The notes under the pieces are model-generated. The model had not been told where the DNA came from, searched no databases, and saw nothing but the letters and a program-made list of their open reading frames with translations. The translations under genes were made by a program, and so were the position numbers. 58,880 bases of DNA from Neoechinorhynchus agilis. Its lineage: Eukaryota > Animalia > Acanthocephala. Every line of letters starts with the position of its first letter. Within the stretch, counting starts at the first letter, position 1. The stretch lies in assembly GCA_051530055.1 (NCBI GenBank), contig JBMGUZ010000013.1, positions 1 to 58,880 on the forward strand, given 5' to 3'. Below, piece by piece: positions 23,821 through 34,880 of this stretch.

Positions 23821-24318
23821 GACTGTCTCCTTAGTAAAGATTATCGATTTTCCAGAATAGCGATCAGGTTTCAGAACAAGTTCAGCGATGTGTTGATGGC
23901 AAATAAATGGATATCCTGAAAGTGGAATGATTTTATTCTAGATTTTCAGGCGAAAATTCGATGCATTCATGTTTTTCATTTTAAGCAAAGAACACGCTGT
24001 CGACCTCGAGAATTACGAGACTTTGGACTGTCTTCTTAGTAAAGATTATCGATTTTCCAGACTTGTGATCAGGTTTCAGAACAAGTTCAGCGATGTGTTG
24101 ATGACAAATAAATGGATATCCTGTAAGCGGGATGATTTTATTCTAGATTTTCAGACCAAAATTCGATGCATTCATGTTTTTCATTTTAAGCAAAGAAGTT
24201 CATGCTGTCGACCTCGAGAATTACGAGACTTTGGACTGTCTTCTTAGTAAAGATTACCGATTTTTCAGACTAGTGATCAGGTTTCAGAACAAGTTCGGCG
24301 ATGTGTTGATGGCAAGTA
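23821..24318. repeat. Tandem repeat, ~205-208 bp unit, ~2.4 copies
   Basis: gactgtc(t/c)..cttagtaaagatta recurs at ~23821, 24026 and 24234. Confidence 0.85.
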
Positions 24319-25091
24319 AACGGCGTAGAGGATGCAATATTAACAAAATTAAATCATTTTTCTTTATTTTTGTGTGACCAAAAGAATATTAAACTGCCGC
24401 ATTCGATTATATTAGAAGGCACTTCGGTTTCCGCCAATGAGAGAAACGGAGAACCATAAATAGCATCGTGCATTGGGCAGCGAAGAGCATGTAAGAAATT
24501 TAAACCATCTTGGATAAAATGGAAGCTTAATCGGTATTTGTTTTAGAGTAATCTTCGAAATGATTTAAAGTTTATGAGTGCTGTGAACTCGAGTTGTAGG
24601 CAAAAAATCTGTTCTTGATTCGTTACAAAATCAGTAATAAAAATTTGAATAATAATCGAAATGCCGCAGCGCTCAGAGATATCCGAGAAGGGCCATCCGA
24701 AGAAGTTGTTGATAAAGAGCAAGGATTTTATGAACAATGTTACAATGTTTTTCACAAAAAGGCGTTCCCATTCTATGAAACAATCGACTATATGCGGGAT
24801 TTTTGCAATATAATTGGAATTCAAGCCAGAAAAACTTTCCTGATTTCAAGGAAACACTCGACGAATTGTTGCGGCGAAAGTGTGATTGTTAATGCGATTT
24901 AGAAACAATTGAAACGGGGAAAACAAGGGAGCAAACTTATATGAGCTTTTATATTTACATTCAAGCGATAGGAAGACCAAATCTGTGTTTATAAGTAAAA
25001 ATTAGATGTTTCAAAGAATCTAAAAATAAATGTATAAGCATTTTGTATCGAAAATAGACAAGTCTTGATTTTCAAACGCTACGAGGTTAAG

Positions 25092-25237
25092 AAAAAATTA
25101 ACTGGACGGAACATGGATTTGTAACGAACAAATTTAAACAAGGCATTGCAATCGCTTTAATCGGTGTCGCCGAAACGTGATTTCTGTCTGGTGCTCTGAA
25201 TGTTAAAGTGAAGAAACTCATTGAGGCGCAAGGAAAC
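25092..25237 (+). repeat. ~145-bp dispersed direct repeat, copy 1 (copy 2 at 27433-27574)
   Basis: aaaattaactggacg...ggtgtcgccgaaacgtgatttctgtctggtgctctgaatgttaaagtgaagaaactcattga is shared at about 90%. Confidence 0.85.
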
Positions 25238-25686
25238 GACGGACGTAATTATGAATTTCTCAGCAGCTTTGCGATATGGTCATGCTCTCCCTAAAAATTC
25301 CTTTCTGTGATGGGACCCTTCAATCAAATCCTCAACGAGAGAATAAGCGAAATTTTCAAAATGCTTGGTTTGTACTTTTGGTAAAATTCAACGTTTTTAA
25401 ATGTTCATACAAATTTCATCGTCGCACTCTAATTTTTTAATCATTTTAAAGATTTCAAACTCTCTGAAATAATCTGCCTGTTGATTATCAAGAACATAAT
25501 AATCGAAATTATAGCAGCGATTTTATATTTATGAGGCGCTAAAACGAAATAAAAACATGCAATTAAAGCCAGAACTCGATAATCCAACTTTAACGTAAGA
25601 CTCAAAACTGTGTAATAATTTTATTTACAGAAAACCCAGAAAGTCTTGCAGCGTTTTAGGCTGCATTAAAACTCGAACGAACTCGC

Positions 25687-26859
25687 CTAGTTGTTCAGTT
25701 GCGAGTCGTCCATTGTATTGGCGTCTTCGCCATTTTGTTCATTCGTTGTATCCACTGATTCTTCGTTTGATTTATCAAATACCAACAAATGCGATAAAGA
25801 TTTTTCCAATGGTTTCAATCCATACGACTTTTTAATCGATAGCTTCACCATAAATGATTGTCGCGAAACGTCGTAGCCGATAATCTTTGCGATTAATCGT
25901 TCCTTTTGTGCGAATCGGGTGTCCATTTGCCGAAACCGATACTCTAACGGTCCTTGAGCCATTTCTTTAGTTGAACACCCATCCAAATGACACTTAAAAA
26001 TCGTCTTTCGAATAGCGAGTATCGATGGAGAAGCAACGTAGCATATTAATTTAGAAACAAACCGTATCTTTCCGGAATCTACTTCTTCGACAAGAAATCT
26101 ATGACCCTGGTCCTCCAGGATCTTTACTCTTTTGAATGATTTATCGGAATCTTTGACGAGACAATAATGGCCAGGATAAAGTTCTCTCGATACCTCCTCA
26201 GCGTGACGTCCATTTGAATTAATTAATTCTCGATTCAGATAAGTTCGCCATTCCTGTACAAATTGGGTTATAAAAATATTTTCAATGTTGCAGAAGTGCA
26301 CCAGCTTATAAATAATTTCGATATTAATCAAATATTTGCCGTCCTCGTCCTTTCTTATAAAATCACAAAAGACATTCCCTTCAAATGCTGCCTCGGGAAC
26401 TTGTGAGTGGTTTTGATTTACAAATACGGAATTGCCATGTTGGTTTTCCAATTTTAGTTTACATGGAAGGGCCAGCCTCGGAATGGAGTTGAAAATTCTT
26501 TTAACCGGTCGTAGATTTACCAATGGAAGCCACTCTTGGTGACCGTAATCAATGTAAAAGACTTTGAATGAAGATGTCAGAATATTCACTTCTGTAATTT
26601 GACCTCGGTACCACTTTCCGTCCACAAGGGACTTGCCAATACATTTGGAATTAAGACCATACACAAGAAATTGATTGAAACGAAGAGATTCATAAACATT
26701 TCGTAGACCGATCTCAAGATCCAATCGATTTTTGAAGATTAAATTTGGTAGAAGGTAAATATTTTGAGGATTATCCATGTAACTGACTTGACAGTAGACA
26801 GAATCTTGTAGAGAAACTATAAACTGCGGGTAATCCGCTGGAGGTACAAAAGTGCTCAT
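25687..26859 (-). CDS. Tandem extended-Tudor domain protein (TDRD-like, small-RNA pathway type)
   Basis: Tudor 1: VSYMDNPQNIY..DGKWYRGQI..KVFYIDYGHQE..LRP..IPRLALPCKL. Tudor 2 is degenerate: GHYCLVK..FKRVKI..FLVEEVDSG..FKCHL. Confidence 0.88.
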   Translation of the reverse strand: MSTFVPPADYPQFIVSLQDSVYCQVSYMDNPQNIYLLPNLIFKNRLDLEIGLRNVYESLRFNQFLVYGLNSKCIGKSLVDGKWYRGQITEVNILTSSFKVFYIDYGHQEWLPLVNLRPVKRIFNSIPRLALPCKLKLENQHGNSVFVNQNHSQVPEAAFEGNVFCDFIRKDEDGKYLINIEIIYKLVHFCNIENIFITQFVQEWRTYLNRELINSNGRHAEEVSRELYPGHYCLVKDSDKSFKRVKILEDQGHRFLVEEVDSGKIRFVSKLICYVASPSILAIRKTIFKCHLDGCSTKEMAQGPLEYRFRQMDTRFAQKERLIAKIIGYDVSRQSFMVKLSIKKSYGLKPLEKSLSHLLVFDKSNEESVDTTNEQNGEDANTMDDSQLNN

Positions 26860-27432
26860 TATTGATGATTTTCTGTAAGAATAATTTTAGTCAAGAAGCC
26901 GATCTAACTGTATACTTTCAAAGATAGAAGCAATATAAAGCTTTTGAGTGAAAAGAATTAGGGGGGTACTCTATCTTGCTAAGCGTTATAAAATTTCAGC
27001 CAATCAGCGTGTGCATAACAGCGGGGCACCGGTATAAAATAGGAAATAAACCCTAAAAATAATTAATCATCACGTGCCGCTTTTTTTAACCGTGTAATGG
27101 ACGCTTTATCTTTGAATTTAATTATATATTTTGTTTGAATTACTAATTTGTTTTACACCCTTTGGATTTTTATATCATCACCAGGTTGTTATTTTAAGCG
27201 ATTTCTGTAGAAGTTATTTAAATTATCATTTTATTTAATTATTTGCTCAAATGGTGCATATAAATTGCTTTCTTTATTTTTAAGGGTAAGTATCAATTTC
27301 AATAGTGAGAATAAATGGCATGAGACTCTTATCTTAAATGTGTGATTTTGTTTCTCATTCTTAAAACGGTCTCCAGCTGTGAATTGCATGCTGATTGGCT
27401 TAATTTTCAATATGGCAAGCAATAATCCTCAA

Positions 27433-27574
27433 AAAAAATTAACTGGACGAAACATGGATTTGTAACGAACAAATTTAAAAGCATTGCGATAGCTTTAATC
27501 GGTGTCGCCGAAACGTGATTTCTGTCTGGTGCTCTGAATGTTAAAGTGAAGAAACTCATTGAAACGTAAGGAAA
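27433..27574 (+). repeat. ~145-bp dispersed direct repeat, copy 2
   Basis: Matches 25092-25237. Confidence 0.85.
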
Positions 27575-27907
27575 TGATGCTGCTCCGAGACTTAGACTTT
27601 CAAGGAAGATAAAAGAAGTCTCGCTAAATTACGACAGTTCAAACTCACGAAAAAATAAAGAAACTCAACGTCGCAATGTGCGGAATAAAGAGAAGACTTT
27701 ATATAAATGATTATTACGTTTGATGAAGTTCAAATCAAAGAGATTTTGGAAACTTTTTAACGCTGAAAAACTTTGTGAGTGAATTTCGATGCTTTCGCCG
27801 CAATAAAACAGAAAAAGTGACTAACAGCTTTAAGCCGAAGACAGCGATTAAGTTCGTTACAAATCGCGCAGGTTGATGGCCATAACATTCAATAAACACT
27901 GTGAGCT

Positions 27908-29062
27908 TTAGTATTTATTTCGCAAAACCGCCGGAACAGTGAGTTGTTCGCCCGCTAACAAATCTCGAACGGTGAAAAGAGCCATTGCTTGTCTGTCTGT
28001 TCCATTAGATTTAAAGTGAACCTTCTGAATGAGCAAATTGGCATTGCTCTGAGAGCGATGAAAAAGATGAGACACGTTGGTGATTGGCGCTACGTTTCCA
28101 TTTCTCTCCTTATCGCTGTCCAGCTGACAAACAAAATAACCCTTTGGAAGATCGTGGTTCACACGGACACCCAATCTTTTAGTTCTATGAACAAATACCT
28201 CCAAATAAGCTCGAATTCCTTGGCTGACCAATGTGTTTGGACAGTGCCCTGGACATTTACACGCATCGCCACATTCTTGAACTCCTCGTGGAATTCCACC
28301 TTCGGGCAATCTCAAATATTCGTAAGTATTTTGCTTCGAAGTCAGTGTGTTTTCTAAACTAAAATGCTCGCAAACCGGAGAAATGTAATGTAAATGAAGC
28401 ATACGAAAAACTCGAATATGGATCTGTGAATTTAAGATTTAAATAATCAATCTTTACGATTGCTTTACGTAGATCCTTTTTTAGTTTAGGTAAAATATCT
28501 TAGATTCTACGATAAAAAAACGAATTTCATTCTTAAACAGATCTGTAAATTTTCTGAAGGTATCAATTATTGCATTTTAGTATCCGGCAATTCTTCAAAA
28601 TTAACGTAGAATTCAATGGGAAGTTTAATCCATGGTGCGAATTGCATTTGTTTAGACTAAACGCCACTCTTTTAAACTCGCCTAACGCCAACATTTGAGA
28701 GCATTTCTAGGTATCAAATTTGGCGAAACTTGCGAGGATCCTGGTAGACGATAGAAAACATTCACATCAAAATGACAACGATGCTCATTGCAGAGTGGAA
28801 TTTCTTTTCTTTCCAGACCATTCGAAATATCTTTATCCACGACATTTTTCCCGCTTCCAGCGTACTCATAATCGATGTCCACATTTTCTTGGAAAGTAAA
28901 TAAATCGATCGATAAATGTGACCTTGTCGTTTCCAACTGTTCGAAAACTTGACGGATTTTGTAGAATGATCGAAAACAAGGCGATACGTAAAACACTTTT
29001 TTGGTCGTCCCGGTTCGATTTATCATGCGTTTCCAACCGTAGATTAAAAATATTTCAGGCAA
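27908..29062 (-). CDS. SETDB1/2 (Eggless)-like MBD + pre-SET + SET protein, divergent; 5' end not located
   Basis: MBD: LIYGWKR..VFYVSPC.RS....QVFEQL...LSIDLFTF; DISNGLERKEIPLCN; pre-SET: YEYLRL..GVQECGDACKCPGHCPNTLVSQG; SET: LEVF..LGVR..DLPKGYFVC..NVSHLFHRS..NLLIQKV..GEQLT. Confidence 0.75.
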
Positions 29063-31894
29063 AGAAAACCTTGTGAAATATTTCAGGCAGGGAAAACCTT
29101 GTGAAATATTTCAGGTAAAGAAAACCGTGTGAAATATTTCAGGCAAGGAAAACCTTGTAAAATATTTCAGGCAGGGAAAACCTTGTGAAATATTTCAGGT
29201 AAAGAAAACCTTGTGAAATATTTCAGGCAGGGAAAACCTTGTGAAATATTTCAGGCAGGGAAAACCTTGTGAAATATTTCAGGTAAAGAAAACCGTGTGA
29301 AATATTTCAGGCAGGGAAAGCCTTGTGAAATATTTCAGGCAGGGAAAGCCTTGTGAAATATTTCAGGCAGGGAAAACCGTGTGAAATATTTCAGGCAGGG
29401 AAAGCCTTGTGAAATATTTCAGGCAAGGAAAACCGTGTGAAATATTTCAGGCAAGGAAAACCTTGTGAAATATTTCAGGCAGGGAAAACCTTGTGAAATA
29501 TTTCAGGTAAAGAAAACCTTGTGAAATATTTCAGGCAGGGAAAACCTTGTGAAATATTTCAGGCAGGGAAAACCTTGTGAAATATTTCAGGCAGGGAAAA
29601 CCTTGTGAAATATTTCAGGCAAGGAAAGCCTTGTGAAATATTTCAGGCAGGGAAAACCTTGTGAAATATTTCAGGCAGGGAAAACCTTGTGAAATATTTC
29701 AGGCAGGGAAAACCTTGTGAAATATTTCAGGCAAGGAAAACCGTGTGAAATATTTCAGGCAGGGAAAACCTTGTGAAATATTTCAGGCAGGGAAAACCTT
29801 GTGAAATATTTCAGGCAAGGAAAGCCTTGTGAAATATTTCAGGCAGGGAAAACCTTGTGAAATATTTCAGGCAGGGAAAACCTTGTGAAATATTTCAGGC
29901 AGGGAAAACCTTGTGAAATATTTCAGGCAGGGAAAACCTTGTGAAATATTTCAGGCAGGGAAAACCTTGTGAAATATTTCAGGCAGGGAAAACCTTGTGA
30001 AATATTTCAGGCAGGAAAACCTTGTGAAATATTTCAGGCAGGGAAAACCTTGTGAAATATTTCAGGCAGGGAAAACCTTGTGAAATATTTCAGGCAGGGA
30101 AAACCTTGTGAAATATTTCAGGCAGGGAAAACCTTGTGAAATATTTCAGGCAAGGAAAACCTTGTGAAATATTTCAGGCAGGGAAAACCTTGTGAAATAT
30201 TTCAGGCAGGGAAAACCTTGTGAAATATTTCAGGCAGGGAAAACCTTGTGAAATATTTCAGGCAGGGAAAACCGTGTGAAATATTTCAGGCAGGGAAAAC
30301 CTTGTGAAATATTTCAGGCAGGGAAAACCTTGTGAAATATTTCAGGCAGGGAAAGCCTTGTGAAATATTTCAGGCAGGGAAAACCTTGTGAAATATTTCA
30401 GGCAGGGAAAACCGTGTGAAATATTTCAGGCAGGGAAAACCTTGTGAAATATTTCAGGCAGGGAAAACCTTGTGAAATATTTCAGGCAGGGAAAACCTTG
30501 TGAAATATTTCAGGCAAGGAAAACCTTGTGAAATATTTCAGGCAGGGAAAACCTTGTGAAATATTTCAGGCAGGGAAAGCCTTGTGAAATATTTCAGGCA
30601 GGGAAAACCTTGTGAAATATTTCAGGCAGGGAAAACCTTGTGAAATATTTCAGGCAGGGAAAACCTTGTGAAATATTTCAGGCGGGAAAACCTTGTGAAA
30701 TATTTCAGGCAGGGAAAACCTTGTGAAATATTTCAGGCAGGAAAACCTTGTGAAATATTTCAGGCAGGGAAAACCGTGTGAAATATTTCAGGCAGGGAAA
30801 GCCTTGTGAAATATTTCAGGCAGGGAAAACCTTGTGAAATATTTCAGGCAGGGAAAACCTTGTGAAATATTTCAGGCAGGGAAAACCTTGTGAAATATTT
30901 CAGGCAGGGAAAACCTTGTGAAATATTTCAGGCAGGGAAAACCTTGTGAAATATTTCAGGCAAGGAAAACCTTGTGAAATATTTCAGGCAGGGAAAGCCT
31001 TGTGAAATATTTCAGGCAGGGAAAACCTTGTGAAATATTTCAGGCAGGGAAAACCTTGTGAAATATTTCAGGCAGGGAAAACCTTGTGAAATATTTCAGG
31101 CAGGGAAAACCTTGTGAAATATTTCAGGCAGGGAAAACCTTGTGAAATATTTCAGGCAGGGAAAACCTTGTGAAATATTTCAGGCAGGGAAACCTTGTGA
31201 AATATTTCAGGCAGGGAAAACCTTGTGAAATATTTCAGGCAGGGAAAACCTTGTGAAATATTTCAGGCAGGGAAAACCTTGTGAAATATTTCAGGCAGGG
31301 AAAACCTTGTGAAATATTTCAGGCAGGGAAAACCTTGTGAAATATTTCAGGCAGGGAAAACCTTGTGAAATATTTCAGGCAGGGAAAACCTTGTGAAATA
31401 TTTCAGGCAAGGAAAACCTTGTGAAATATTTCAGGCAGGGAAAACCTTGTGAAATATTTCAGGCAGGGAAAACCTTGTGAAATATTTCAGGCAAGGAAAA
31501 CCTTGTGAAATATTTCAGGCAGGGAAACCTTGTGAAATATTTCAGGCAGGGAAAACCTTGTGAAATATTTCAGGCAGGAAAACCTTGTGAAATATTTCAG
31601 GCAGGGAAAACCTTGTGAAATATTTCAGGCAGGGAAAACCTTGTGAAATATTTCAGGCAGGGAAAACCTTGTGAAATATTTCAGGCAAGGAAAGCCTTGT
31701 GAAATATTTCAGGCAGGGAAAACCTTGTGAAATATTTCAGGCAGGGAAAACCTTGTGAAATATTTCAGGCAAGGAAAACCTTGTGAAATATTTCAGGCAG
31801 GGAAAACCTTGTGAAATATTTCAGGCAGGGAAAGCCTTGTGAAATATTTCAGGCAGGGAAAACCTTGTGAAATATTTCAGGCAGGGAAAACCTT
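29048..31894 (+). repeat. Tandem array of a 28-bp unit AGGCA(G/A)GGAAAACCTTGTGAAATATTTC, ~100 copies
   Basis: 2847 bp / 28 is about 102. Each unit contains a stem-loop (gcaRgg-aaaa-ccttgt), and the array carries the 12-bp palindrome TGAAATATTTCA once per period. The unit at 29449-29476 is identical to PLE-1 4807-4834. Confidence 0.98.
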
Positions 31895-32449
31895 TACTTT
31901 TTATTGCGAATTATCAAATGATTTATTTATTTGATAATTTTCGGCCTTCGCTTAGGCTTTTTTCGGTCCATACAATTTATTGATTTCCATATTTCGGCAG
32001 CCAATGAAACACTAACAATCGTACCGAAATATCGGACCCAATTAATTTTGCTTCAAATTTTCCGCCATATAAAAACACAATTCAATTTAACAAAATTGAT
32101 GACTTTCGGATCAAAACGCAAAATAAAAGCGAAATGAACGAGCAATAATTTTTATTGATCGATTATTGATTGCGTCAATGGGTTCGTATTTCCATAATGA
32201 GTACAAAGTGTTTAGACTAAAGTCTTGTAACTTTTCCTCTTTTTTTAAATTTTTCGATGTTGCTTATTGAACCGACTCAAAAAATCGGAAATCGTGACTA
32301 TATCGTCGGTTTCAGTGAATTTCAATTTTAAATAGCCATTGTTTCGCAGAAGGATTTTAATTTTTAGTAGTGATCGGAAATGCAACAAAATCTTCTCATC
32401 AAACGATACTTTTCTCTCTAAAAACTTCATTATTGAAATCAAACGGGAT

Positions 32450-33727
32450 TTATTGCTGAAATCTTTTTTTTACTGCCATTAATTGAACTTTAAGCTTCCA
32501 AACTTGCTCGCTTTCCAACTTTTTGGTTACTTTTAACACATTTCCGTCGATGGTAACATCAGGATCCTTTTCGTTCAAGAATGAATAACTATAATCCACA
32601 TCGTGCTTGTCTGAGGATTCCTTATATCGATATTCCCAAGTTCTATGTCTTAGATTCGTTATTTCGATTTCAATATCCGTAGTTATAACTCGTCCACTTT
32701 CTTTAAAATTATCCACCTTTCTTCTAATGAGTCCGCTTGAATCTTCACCGATTCTTATTTCTCGCTTTGCTCCTGCTGGTAATTGATCGAGCCGAACATT
32801 TGCAATAATACGTCCTTGTTCTCTAATAGACATTTTCCCAGTTGGTAGAAATTCGTTACTTGTAATTTCATAAATTCTACTAAACTTCAACTCTTCTCTT
32901 TTCTCATTTATTGTTTCATATGAAGACCAAAAATGTGGCGTTATTTTAGCGTCCAGAAACTCTTCATAGAGGTCACTACGAGCACTTAGCTTAAAGGGTT
33001 TACTAATCGTGTATTGGAAAAGCCCTCCGATTTCCTTATGATCGCCAATATCGATCGAAGGAGGCGGTGCTGCGTCGGTCATTGATGCGTAGGCTATCGT
33101 CCGTCTCACGTGACTTGCTCTTTTTGGAATTGGATGTGGAATGCTGGCAACATCTCCTCCAAATAATTCAGCGCTATTGACTTTGTATGAATGAGTACTC
33201 GGATTAGAAATGACCGCATAGCATTTTATCGTGGCATTCTGGTCTTTTTCCTCAACGTCCAATCGATATATCGGTCTCCATTTTATTTGTCGATCTAAAT
33301 AACTGAGAATTGCCGTCTTTACGCTGGGATCATGGATGTGAAATCTAACGGAAACCACGTTTTTCATCGGAGCTGATTTAAATTCGAACTGTGATCGATT
33401 AGCGTAATAGAACCTTTTTGTCTCAATGTCCTGAACAAGACTGTTATCATCGTCAATAAAAATGGCTCCTTTGCATTCCCCCGTTTTCTCGGTTCTTACG
33501 AAAATCTCTTCTCCTTCAAGACTGTGATTCTGGGTTGTAACAGTCGTCGAAACTCTTCCATTTGGGACTTCCAAATCAATACTGTCCGGTACGATATGGC
33601 AAAAATCCGATTGATGAAATCGAACAGTCGCCTTTGCCTCTTCTAATATGTCGATGTTTTCCCTAATTTCCGAGAATTGATCGTATATTCTTAGGTCAAT
33701 CGAACTTTCTTCATTGCTCAATGACAT
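32450..33727 (-). CDS. Intronless 425-aa protein, DUF4139-like
   Basis: LSYLDRQIKWRPIYRLDV, AVISNPS...ELFGG, FQYTISKPFKL and FLPTGKMSIREQGRII resemble DUF4139 family blocks (recognition from memory only). Confidence 0.5.
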   Translation of the reverse strand: MSLSNEESSIDLRIYDQFSEIRENIDILEEAKATVRFHQSDFCHIVPDSIDLEVPNGRVSTTVTTQNHSLEGEEIFVRTEKTGECKGAIFIDDDNSLVQDIETKRFYYANRSQFEFKSAPMKNVVSVRFHIHDPSVKTAILSYLDRQIKWRPIYRLDVEEKDQNATIKCYAVISNPSTHSYKVNSAELFGGDVASIPHPIPKRASHVRRTIAYASMTDAAPPPSIDIGDHKEIGGLFQYTISKPFKLSARSDLYEEFLDAKITPHFWSSYETINEKREELKFSRIYEITSNEFLPTGKMSIREQGRIIANVRLDQLPAGAKREIRIGEDSSGLIRRKVDNFKESGRVITTDIEIEITNLRHRTWEYRYKESSDKHDVDYSYSFLNEKDPDVTIDGNVLKVTKKLESEQVWKLKVQLMAVKKRFQQ

Positions 33728-34319
33728 TCTGGTCTGAAGATCTATAAGCGATGAAAGCGAACACTTATAGAAAATGTGGCGAAACTCACTGAGTCACTCT
33801 TTTCATCATCGACAACTACACACCGTGAGTTTTATGTGGTCGTAAACAGTAGTTGCCCAAAACAATTTATTTACTCGTAGCAACCTATTGTAAAATGATT
33901 TAATCGTTATTGGAATGTTAAATGCAACCTTCATGATCTAGTTGAGGACGTTCTCAGGTGATTTTGAAATGGTGTAAAAAAGAGCGGTTCGGTAAGTTTA
34001 TGAACTAGAAGGGCATTAGTAAAAAGATGGGAAGCCGATGAGAGCTTAGACATCAACGTTCTCCCTTTGCTGAGTGCGTATGTGTGTAGCCATTTCAAGT
34101 TTGAACTTTCCTGATGTCCGTGGGCTCTTAGCTCTCATTGTCTCGAGAGTTTTATCTGAAAATATCGGATCACATTTGTCGATTTCTACCATTTTATTCC
34201 CAAACCAACTGAGACTAAACGAATCAACAAGCCCTCGGATTATTTAAGACCGGCGTCAATAAAATTCAAGGATAATTTTGGGCGAAATCGACGTGGCCCG
34301 TCCTCCTCAACCTCCCTCT

Positions 34320-34880
34320 ACATCCTGTACTTTTTCCATACTGACAAATCTTCTCTCGGATATCAAGACCCGAATTGAACCCGAGGAAAGATTCAAACTT
34401 CCCAAACTCTCCTTCGTACGATAACCACCAACTTTCCCACTCCAAAATCAACAGCCACATTCATTTAACCTATCGTTTCATCGAAGTGTTCACGAGGACT
34501 CAGATTTAGATGGTTCCTCCACTTTGAACAATATATCTTATTATAATCCCAATTCATTTCATCTGCCCTCAACCTCCACTCCTTTTTCCATACTGCCAAA
34601 TCCTCTCGGATATCGAAATGATCCCGAGGAAAGTTCCTATCCTTACAAACTCTTCTACAAACAATAACCACCAACTTTCACATTCGTTTAATCTATCGTT
34701 TCATTCAAGTGTTCACGAGGACTCAGATTTAGATGGTTCCTCCACTTTGAACAATAAAACTTATTATAATCCCAATTTATTTCATCTGCCCTCAACCTCC
34801 ACTCTTTTTTCCATACTGCCAAATCTTCTTTGGGATATCGAAATGAACCTGAGGAAAGATTCAAACCTCACAAACTGACC
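34320..34880. repeat. Degenerate tandem repeat, ~230-250 bp unit, ~2.3 copies
   Basis: ccatactg.caaatc..ggatatc and gtgttcacgaggactcagatttagatggttcctccactttgaacaa are repeated. Confidence 0.8.

Noticed and set aside
29048-31894. CRISPR array or self-cleaving multimeric ribozyme
   Set aside because: No spacers, no cas genes and a eukaryotic context; units lack CUGANGA on both strands (minus strand reads CUGAAAU).
32245-32442. Upstream exon of the SETDB-like gene
   Set aside because: No recognisable SETDB similarity, and no convincing splice path across the array could be shown.
33734-33760. Hammerhead-like CTGAAGA...GAAAG upstream of the DUF4139-like gene
   Set aside because: No stable stem II or stem I; likely chance.
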